From the NCBI GenBank assembly GCA_965208615.1, contig CBDBPB010000001.1:160001-224000 (forward strand): DNA of 64,000 nucleotides, given 5' to 3'. This document shows, piece by piece, positions 55,909-64,000 of this stretch. The notes under the pieces are model-generated. The model saw only the letters and a program-made list of their open reading frames with translations. It was not told the origin of the DNA and did not search any database. This stretch comes from Spirochaetota bacterium. Its GTDB lineage: Bacteria; Spirochaetota; UBA6919; CBDBPB01. The position numbers and the translations under genes are program-made. How positions within the stretch are numbered: position 1 is the stretch's first letter; each line of letters begins with the position of its first letter.

Positions 55909-55942
55909 ATAAATTGTTAGTTTATATAAACTGACAATTTAT
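55909..55942. promoter_or_regulatory. 34-bp near-perfect palindrome upstream of the Mo-enzyme operon
   Basis: ATAAATTGTTAGTTTATATAAACTGACAATTTAT (one mismatched pair). Confidence 0.4.
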
Positions 55943-56274
55943 TATGACAAGTCTTTTAACTTATTCTTTACTATAAAACAAGATATGTACTATTGGTTAT
56001 ATTTATAGCATTAGAAAAGTGGTTAGTTAAAATGTTTTATTTTACATGTTCTTTGTTAAAGAGTAAAAGAAAAGATAATATATATATAAAACAAGTCAAG
56101 TCTTTTTTTTAAAATATTTTTAAAGAATAATGATGAATAATATGTTCCAAGCTTTATCAGCCCGTTAATTTTTACTTTAAGCTAAACCAACTAAATAAAA
56201 AATCATACTTTTATTAAATATTCTTGCCTAATCATTTTTCATTTAATAACTTATGAATTAACTTATATAACGAG

Positions 56275-59067
56275 GTGAGTATGACCAAATATAAAGTTGA
56301 ACATGAATATCTTAAGTCATTATTAAATGATATATTAGAAGAACAAATTGGTAGTTGTCTCTATAAAAAAATTAGTAGCCTAATAAATAGATGTACTACC
56401 ACTAAAAATAGCCTGATTAATAAAGAAAATGACTTACTAAACCAAAATACACTTAGTAGTAAAGAGCTTTTACACTGCCTTGAGGATCTGGATAATGATA
56501 CTATATTTGCTTTAGTCCACAGCTACAATATATATTTCCAACTTATCAATATTGCAGAGGATATATTCTACCATCATCAAGATCAAGAGAAACTTAAGTC
56601 TGAGGCTATGGTAGGGGATTCCATTATTAATTGTATTAGCTCCATTAAAGATAAAGGAATAGCAAAAGATAAACTAAAAAAACTAATTAAAAATATTGAA
56701 ATAACTCCCGTTATAACCGCTCATCCTACCGAAGCTAAAAGACAAACTAATCTGCAAAAACATTTAAAGATTTATAAATACCTTATGAATATGACTTCTT
56801 ATCCACACAGTAAACACGAACTGGACAACTTAAGAAAACTAATTCTAGTCGAAATACAAAAACTATGGCAAACCGGTGATATTAGACTAGAAAAACCCAC
56901 TGTTATACAAGAAGTACATAATATGCTGTTCTACTTTGATAAAGTGTTTTATAACGTAATCGACCTAATATATAAAGAACTGGAAGACAGCCTTAATGAC
57001 TACTATAAAGATACTAAATTCGATATTACATCATTCCTAAAATTCGGATCATGGGTAGGAGGAGATAGAGACGGTAATCCTAATGTTACTACTGCTATCA
57101 CAAGAGAAACTCTTAAACTACATAAAGAACTAATATTAAAAAAATATATATCCTCTATCAACCAGCTGATAGAAGATTTTAGTCAGTCTAAATATCTAAC
57201 ACCACATTCTAATATTCTACATGAATCCCTAAATGAGGATATTAAACTATTCTCAAAAGAAAGTGAAAGTATAATTAATCGTAATCCCCATGAACCATTT
57301 AGAATGAAATTAGCTTTTATCTCTAAAAAACTTAATAATACCCTATTAAATAACGCTAATAAAGATAAATTCATTTCCCAGTCCTACCATAGTCCAGATG
57401 ACTTTCTAGACGATCTATTAAAACTAAGAAAAGGATTATTAGAGTCTAACGGACTACGATTAGCACAAGTTGAACTTGATCCGTTTATTAGAAAAGTAAA
57501 AGTATTTGGTTTTCATCTTGCAAAGCTGGATATTCGCCAACATAGTGAACGACATCATCTAGCCCTTAGTGAGATATTTAACGAACTAAATATTTATTAT
57601 AACTATATTAACCTTCATCACAATGAAAAAATAAAAATACTAACCCACGAGCTTAACTCTAAAAGACCTCTAATACCCTGCTACTTAAGCTTTTCAAAAG
57701 ATACCACAGAGAGCTTTTCTATTTTTAAAGAAATGCTTTATCTCAAAAAAGAAATCAGTAAGGACTGCTTAGCTAGCTATATAATTAGTATGACCCATGA
57801 TATAAGTGATTTACTTGCTGTTCAGCTATTGGCTAAAGAAGCTGGGTTATGCGGAGAAAGCGATAATGAACAAAAGTATTTTAGCTATATAGATATTGTT
57901 CCCCTTTTTGAAACCATAGAAGACTTAAGACTAGCACACATAATAATGGAACAGGCTTTTAATAATCCATCATACAGAAAAAACCTAAATGCAAGAAATA
58001 ACATACAAGAGATTATGATCGGATATTCAGATAGCAACAAAGAAGGAGGTATTATTGCCTCTAATTGGGAACTACATCAAACTCAAAAAAGACTAACCGA
58101 GATGTCCGATAAATATAATATTCATTTGAAGCTTTTTCATGGTAGAGGTGGAACAATTAGTAGAGGAGGTAGTGACTACTCAGGCAAGGCTATTGCATCA
58201 CAACCAGAGGGTACAATAAAGGGTAAAGTTAAAATGACTGAACAGGGTGAAGTTCTGTCTTATAAATACTCATATAACCATACTGCAATTATAAGGCTGG
58301 GACTACTCGTATCTAATGTTATATCCTCTACTCTAAATATATCCCGAAAGAGTCCGTCTAGGATAAAGGACTATGAAACTGCACTTGATAAAATATCCAA
58401 GTACGGCTATTCATATTATCGTAAGCTTATTGATAATCCTAATTTTTTTAAATATTTTAAAGAGGCTACCCCATTTAATGAAGTTACCCTTTTAAAACTT
58501 GGTTCTCGTCCAGCTAAAAGAAAGAATAGTGATGAACTAAGTGATATTAGAGCTATTCCATGGGTATTTAGCTGGACACAAAGTCGTCATTTACTTTCTG
58601 GATGGTATTCTATTGGTTATGCAATAAACAAGTTTATTAAAGAGGATCCAGAAAAACATAAGGCACTATTAACAGAGATGTTTGATAAGTGGTTGTTTTT
58701 CCAAATACTAATAGAAAACGTTGTTATGAACCTTGTTAAAACTGATATGGATATTGCTAAAAATTATGCATCCATAGTCAGTGACAACAAAGTAAAAGAA
58801 GTTTATGATATTATAAAAAAGGAGCATGATCTTACTGTTGACGTCATTCTATTGATTAAAAACCAAGATAAGCTATTATTGGATAGTTCTTCGTTAAAGA
58901 AGTCCATTGACCTAAGAAAACCATATATTGATTTTATTAACCATATACAGATTATCTTATTGCAAAGATTAAGAAAGAATAGCAATCTAGCTAAGGATCA
59001 AAACTTTATTAATCTAATATTGCGGACAATTAACTGTATTGCTGCTGGTATGAGAAATACTGGTTAA
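56275..59067 (+). CDS. ppc: Phosphoenolpyruvate carboxylase (bacterial type)
   Basis: VITAHPTE, GGDRDGNP, QEIMIGYSDSNKEGG, FHGRGG, RAIPWVFSWTQSR, GMRNTG. Confidence 0.97.
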   Translation: MSMTKYKVEHEYLKSLLNDILEEQIGSCLYKKISSLINRCTTTKNSLINKENDLLNQNTLSSKELLHCLEDLDNDTIFALVHSYNIYFQLINIAEDIFYHHQDQEKLKSEAMVGDSIINCISSIKDKGIAKDKLKKLIKNIEITPVITAHPTEAKRQTNLQKHLKIYKYLMNMTSYPHSKHELDNLRKLILVEIQKLWQTGDIRLEKPTVIQEVHNMLFYFDKVFYNVIDLIYKELEDSLNDYYKDTKFDITSFLKFGSWVGGDRDGNPNVTTAITRETLKLHKELILKKYISSINQLIEDFSQSKYLTPHSNILHESLNEDIKLFSKESESIINRNPHEPFRMKLAFISKKLNNTLLNNANKDKFISQSYHSPDDFLDDLLKLRKGLLESNGLRLAQVELDPFIRKVKVFGFHLAKLDIRQHSERHHLALSEIFNELNIYYNYINLHHNEKIKILTHELNSKRPLIPCYLSFSKDTTESFSIFKEMLYLKKEISKDCLASYIISMTHDISDLLAVQLLAKEAGLCGESDNEQKYFSYIDIVPLFETIEDLRLAHIIMEQAFNNPSYRKNLNARNNIQEIMIGYSDSNKEGGIIASNWELHQTQKRLTEMSDKYNIHLKLFHGRGGTISRGGSDYSGKAIASQPEGTIKGKVKMTEQGEVLSYKYSYNHTAIIRLGLLVSNVISSTLNISRKSPSRIKDYETALDKISKYGYSYYRKLIDNPNFFKYFKEATPFNEVTLLKLGSRPAKRKNSDELSDIRAIPWVFSWTQSRHLLSGWYSIGYAINKFIKEDPEKHKALLTEMFDKWLFFQILIENVVMNLVKTDMDIAKNYASIVSDNKVKEVYDIIKKEHDLTVDVILLIKNQDKLLLDSSSLKKSIDLRKPYIDFINHIQIILLQRLRKNSNLAKDQNFINLILRTINCIAAGMRNTG

Positions 59068-60881
59068 TTTAATTTTGATTTAATATTAAAATATTCTTCG
59101 GTTATATTTATATAGGTTCTTTTTTTTGAAAAACATTTTTCTAATTCAGGGTATTGGAACAACTGACAAATATTTACACAAAATATCATTACATTGCCAA
59201 AAGCATTAATTACTACTTTATCGTTTAAATACTGATGGTTAGAGATAATGTATGTTGAAAAGGGTAATAATCTAGGTTTATCGTCTATATAGTTAATAGT
59301 TTCGCTATATGAGTCAAAGATAGACTTATCCTTCACTGCTAACTGCTGAGCTAAATAATTATTATATAATATTTGACCTAGCTTTTGTGATATTAGATAA
59401 AGGGTATCAAGAGTCATTTTATAAATATCACACATTATTTTTTCTTTTTCAACCTCTGTTTTATTTGTATTAATATATTCTTTATATACATCAAAAGGTA
59501 TTGTGATACTCCATCTTTGTTTTAGTCTTTCCAACTCATTAGATATATCTAAAAGTCTATTAAGCTCCTCTATAAATAGCTGTTTTAAAAACAAAGTATG
59601 GGCTTCCTCTAGCTCTATATGGACTTTTTTAAGATATAAGGTTCCTTTTAATAGATCCTCATAAAATAAGATAAACCCTTTTATTAGCCTTATAAAAATT
59701 AGAGTCATGTTATCAGCAGACTCACGAATAAAGTTTATACCATATACATTATTAGCAAGCTTAAGGGATTCAAAGCTTTTAAAGTCCTTTATAATACTAT
59801 GATGATAAACAAGTGCAATTAAATTAGTTAAATAGTCTTCATCTTTATAGTTAAGATTAAAATTATTTTCTACAAACTGCATATAAAAAAGTTCTTTTTC
59901 AGCTTTTTTAAAGTTAGACTTAAGGGATTCCAAGTGATCTTTTATTTTTTGTACAACTTTTTTAGAAAAGTTGTACTCACTATTATCAATTTCTTTTACT
60001 TTGTTATGTAAAACAAGATCAGCCAACTCAACATGACGTCTAAAGCTAAGCATATAAACTCCAGTAATTACGTTATAAAGTGTTATCTTATTAGAAGTTA
60101 TATCGATTAATTGGCTAAGAAAGTTCATTACTTCATCCAGATTATTTAGCTGTTTAGTATATGGAAATAGATCTCTAAAAGTATTTATGAGAATAGTTTT
60201 ATAATTTTCATTTGATACAATTTGTAAATATGGTGATATAAATGAATTCATTATACTACAAATGGTATTGACATCATTTATTTTTAAGATATTCCCGCTA
60301 TCTAAAAAGCCTTTAATAAATTTTGAAAACGTATTTATTACGTTATACTCCAATCGTCCAAGGGAGTCCCATTTATTTTCCAGAATATAGACTGTTGGTC
60401 CCAACAGCAAATAAATAACTTTTTCAATTATCCACTTATAAGTTTTCTTACTATCATTTGTTATATAAAAGCTCATTGAGAAAAGTTTAGCATTAATAAC
60501 ATTAGTTTGGTTTGCAAAGGATTTCAATTTTTTTTTATTGCTAAATAAAAATCTTATAAAAGATTCTCTTATAATGGGAGTCCATTTTTTTCTTTTAATT
60601 TTAGTCTTAGTTTTAGTTTTAGTTTTTATATCCTCGGAGGAGTCGCTAACACTATTCTTTAAAAAAGATTCTTCTCTATCAAGTTCTTCAATATATGTTA
60701 TTCTTTTTAAGACGTTAGATTCTTTTTTAATAAAAGAGTCGATTAGGTATTTATTTTTTTCAGGTCGTTCAAGCCTTAGCAGTTCTATAAACCTAAAGAA
60801 ATCTTTTAATTCATTATTTATTTTGTATGAAACATTATTTCTTTCGCTTTCTTCAATAATTGATGGATCAAAACCTTTCAT
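59064..60881 (-). CDS. Hypothetical helical protein with (KT)n repeat
   Basis: 605-aa ORF with GAGG RBS; stop overlaps the ppc stop; no family recognised. Confidence 0.7.
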   Translation of the reverse strand: MKGFDPSIIEESERNNVSYKINNELKDFFRFIELLRLERPEKNKYLIDSFIKKESNVLKRITYIEELDREESFLKNSVSDSSEDIKTKTKTKTKIKRKKWTPIIRESFIRFLFSNKKKLKSFANQTNVINAKLFSMSFYITNDSKKTYKWIIEKVIYLLLGPTVYILENKWDSLGRLEYNVINTFSKFIKGFLDSGNILKINDVNTICSIMNSFISPYLQIVSNENYKTILINTFRDLFPYTKQLNNLDEVMNFLSQLIDITSNKITLYNVITGVYMLSFRRHVELADLVLHNKVKEIDNSEYNFSKKVVQKIKDHLESLKSNFKKAEKELFYMQFVENNFNLNYKDEDYLTNLIALVYHHSIIKDFKSFESLKLANNVYGINFIRESADNMTLIFIRLIKGFILFYEDLLKGTLYLKKVHIELEEAHTLFLKQLFIEELNRLLDISNELERLKQRWSITIPFDVYKEYINTNKTEVEKEKIMCDIYKMTLDTLYLISQKLGQILYNNYLAQQLAVKDKSIFDSYSETINYIDDKPRLLPFSTYIISNHQYLNDKVVINAFGNVMIFCVNICQLFQYPELEKCFSKKRTYINITEEYFNIKSKLN

Positions 60882-61371
60882 GTTATCACCTCACTATCAA
60901 GGTATATTTTTTAATTAGGCTATAATTTTAGCCCTCTCTTATTAAAGCTATTAAAAAATAGATTGCATTTTTTTAAGTTTGTTTAGCTATCATACAAATG
61001 ATAAGCCCATCTTTTATTAAATAAAATAAATATTAAAGCAATATAAAACAATGCTAATTGTTTTTTTTAGTTTTACAGTTATAATTACTTTATAAATTTT
61101 TTATAAACCTTTACAAAAATAATAGTATATTTATCCCTATTCACTTTTGCTAAATTGAAACTCTATAGATAACTTAATACTGCAATTTAAAAAAAAATAT
61201 ATACACAATTACTTTTTTACAGCCAAAGTAATATAAACACTTTGGGGTATGAATACAAATATGTTAAAAAACAGTAATATTTTATGGTATATAATGATTA
61301 TTATAGTATAACAAAAGGTATTTTTATATTAAGATTGTTATAATATAATGGATTAGTAAATCTTAAAAAGA

Positions 61372-63197
61372 TTGGAGTATATAAAAACTAACATGGAATC
61401 AGAAAAAACTAAACTAGATAATCTATTAGCAACATTCAAAGATATAGAAAAAAAACTTGAAATCGGTAAAAATACTACCAATCTCATAAAACAATTATTA
61501 CTTATTCCAATTTTTAATAACGCACTAAATAAAAAGTTTAGCAAAAAAGAAATGGATGACCTAAAAACAGGAAAAGCTAATAGAGCATTAATTATTACCG
61601 CTAAAACAACTCTTTTAGCTATCTCTCAAAAAGCAATAGCAGATATAGAACTAAGCCTATATCAAAAAACTAATGACCATGAAGTCTTTGAAGGCGATAG
61701 ATTAAACTCATTAATTGGAGATGTAGATAATATATCACCTGATAAAAGTAGTCCTCGTTCTAGTGAGGCGGATGCAATTAAAGCAAGTGACTTCTATAGT
61801 AGTTTTTTTTCATATTCTGCTATGGAACAGTTACTAGAGTTTATTAAAACTGGACGTATGCCTCCAACTTATAAAAAATATCTTAGTGTATCTTTTATCG
61901 ATATTGTTGGTTTTTCTACTATGGCAGAATATTTTCCTTCTGAAAAAGTAGTTAGTTTCTTAAACTTCTTTTTCAACCAAGTACAAGGAACAATAGAAAA
62001 GTATGGCGGCGATATAGACAAGTTTATAGGAGATGCACTACTTGTAATATTTAATAGTGCAGAAAGTGCTGTAAGATGTTCCTTAGAGATATTACTAAAA
62101 GACATTGATATAGTTAATTTTAAGCTCCAGTCAATGGAAATGACAGAAATAAAAATACACTGTGGAATAAATACAGGATGGGTAGTACAAGGATATATAG
62201 GATCAAACAAAAGAAGAGAGACTACAGTAATAGGTGATGGGGTTAATACTGCATCAAGAATTCAAAGTATGTCACCACCAAATAAAATATATATAACCTC
62301 AACTACTTTTGTATCCCTTGGTAAGATCAAAGAGCTGTTTGAGCCAATAGGAAGAAAAAAACTAAGGGGGAAAAGTACAAGAAATTATGGTATACGAATA
62401 TGTAAAAAAAGTTCCATCTAATCACTTGGTAGTGCTTTATGAACATGACTCAAGTATAGCCAACTCTATTGAGGATGAAATGAGTGGAATCGGTATAAAA
62501 AACCTAACTAAATGTAATACATATAATAAGTTTGAGACTATGGTATCACCCGGTAAAAATAAGATTTTAGTTACTGGGCCATCTATAGACTTAGTTGAAC
62601 TAGAAAAAACTTATAAAATGGTTAATGAAAAATGTGAACAAAAACTACCTATAATACCCAATTATCAGAAAAAAACTCGATACTAATGCATACTCTATAC
62701 TAGAGAAAATGGGATTCCATACAATTATCCCGCTATATATAGAAGGAAGTATGGAAAAAGTAAATGATGTACTTGTCACTGAAAACGTAAAGGATATACC
62801 AAGACGAGAAATAGAACCTAAACCAACTGTAGCTCCTAATGAAAGTCAAGATTCTAAAACAACAGAAAGTGAACATAATAAAATTACCATATCTGCAACC
62901 TCAGATAAGGTTAACCTAAATATTAACTCAATACTAAAAGAGTCAGAAAAAGAAATCCTAAAAAAAGATATAGAAAAATTATGGGAATATTCCCATCATA
63001 AAAATAAACTGGTTTTCGTATTAACAATATCTGTAACAGATAAAGACAAACTAAACGACTTTTTCTTTCATGATACTCTTTCACTATTTAGTTTTATATC
63101 CAATCCAGAAGATGTAAAACTTAAAATAGACTTTATAGATCTGCCTCCTGATAACTGGGAAGATATTAAATCTAACTTTAAATATCAGTTTATATAA
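61372..63197 (+). CDS. Soluble class III adenylate/guanylate cyclase with receiver-like and C-terminal domains; 2 frameshifts (probable sequencing errors)
   Basis: FIDIVGFST, DKFIGDA, HCGINTG, TVIGDGVNTASRIQ. +1 shifts near 62380 and 62658 join the three ORFs via ...RGKS..IMVYEY and IPIIRKKLDTNAYSILEKMGF. Confidence 0.8.
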
Positions 63198-63211
63198 GCC
63201 GTAATAAAAAC

Positions 63212-64000
63212 CTATGATATAAGCTTTTTATTAGTTAATATATTCTTAATAATAGATTTAACTATCCTAATAGGAGAAAAACTAATACTAACTAAAGAAG
63301 GATAATCTAAACTTATAGGTGGAATATCACTATTACCTATTATATTTATTTTATCAAGTCTCCACTGACCAATATCTAACTGCTTTGCCGCCCTTAGGAT
63401 ACGATAATCCTCAAGGTCTATACCCAAAAGATTTGTTACAACCCTATCAATGGATACGCAATCAATTCCAGAGAATAATAATCCGAGTTCCTTAGGCTCA
63501 CCGCCCCTTGGACCCTTCTTATTCATAACAGTTATGGCATCAACAATAGTAAAGCTAGGCCTAATATGCTTATAATTTCTTATTAGCATTTCTGCAAAGT
63601 TATTTAACTTATCCCCGTGAACAAGATGGAGCCATGCTTTTCGCTTACCACTTACAAAGCCATAAAGATTCTTTACTGCACAAGTTAACAATAACTGAAC
63701 GTGAACCTTTAACTTAGGTAAATTAATAATCTTATCATACTCTGATAAAGCATTATCCAATTTATTAAGCTTTTTATTAGGATTATTAAACTCAACAATA
63801 TTAACTCCCATATTAGATAGCCTATCCAATATGGATAATTTATTTAAAATACCTTTCACACTACCAAAAGCAGGACTATCACCAACAAAAACCTTTGCAC
63901 CATAATCAGTAAGCAACTCAGATATACCAAGTATAATTCTGGGATCGGTAACAACAGGATCATATATATCCTTAGGACTAATTAACAAATTAGGCTTAAG
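63212..64000 (-). CDS. DUF362-domain protein (5'-partial, runs off the window end)
   Basis: LKPNLL at the window edge, TDP, GDSP, INLPKLKVH...TCAVKNLYG, IVDAI...GP. Confidence 0.85.
   Translation of the reverse strand, partial: LKPNLLISPKDIYDPVVTDPRIILGISELLTDYGAKVFVGDSPAFGSVKGILNKLSILDRLSNMGVNIVEFNNPNKKLNKLDNALSEYDKIINLPKLKVHVQLLLTCAVKNLYGFVSGKRKAWLHLVHGDKLNNFAEMLIRNYKHIRPSFTIVDAITVMNKKGPRGGEPKELGLLFSGIDCVSIDRVVTNLLGIDLEDYRILRAAKQLDIGQWRLDKINIIGNSDIPPISLDYPSLVSISFSPIRIVKSIIKNILTNKKLIS

Noticed and set aside
55914-55937. Rex or FNR/CRP box upstream of the Mo-enzyme operon
   Set aside because: The TTGT...ACAA span is 24 bp, which matches neither the 18-bp Rex site nor the TTGAT-N4-ATCAA spacing.

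Overview
Low-GC bacterial chromosome segment, most likely from a free-living, LPS-producing member of Spirochaetota. The RpoA N-terminus 'MVHKNLLRDFKRPK' and its insertion are spirochaete-like, RpsL has '[11 protein letters not shown]', and kdsB is present. The first 27 kb holds partial pheS, kdsB-pyrG, a secreted Vgb-like propeller gene upstream of metH, an unannotated 51-aa ORF, and the complete str-S10-spc-alpha ribosomal protein supercluster. The accessory 28-64 kb holds a Bacteroidota-like P-II/Amt pair; two paralogous predicted beta-barrel proteins (one FecR-fused) facing a DUF4384 / CHASE2 adenylate cyclase / TPR cluster; an aquaglyceroporin-arsM pair; a sigma54-type hsp20-hsp20-htpG cluster; a TIGR04283-like glycosyltransferase; a ttrBCA/srdBCA-ordered Tat-exported Mo/W oxidoreductase operon with an atypical CxxCxxxD FS0 motif; PEP carboxylase; a second cyclase with a pseudo-receiver; and a partial DUF362 gene. 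About 11 frameshifts occur, nearly all +1 and including essential rpsC and rpsH, which points to sequencing indel errors rather than pseudogenes. No rRNA, tRNA, CRISPR array or mobile element was recognised. The best candidates for new biology are the possible arsenic/chalcogen-oxyanion module (38.8-55.8 kb) and a possible trans-envelope cAMP signalling module (30-38 kb). All family assignments come from motif recognition by eye, not database searches.
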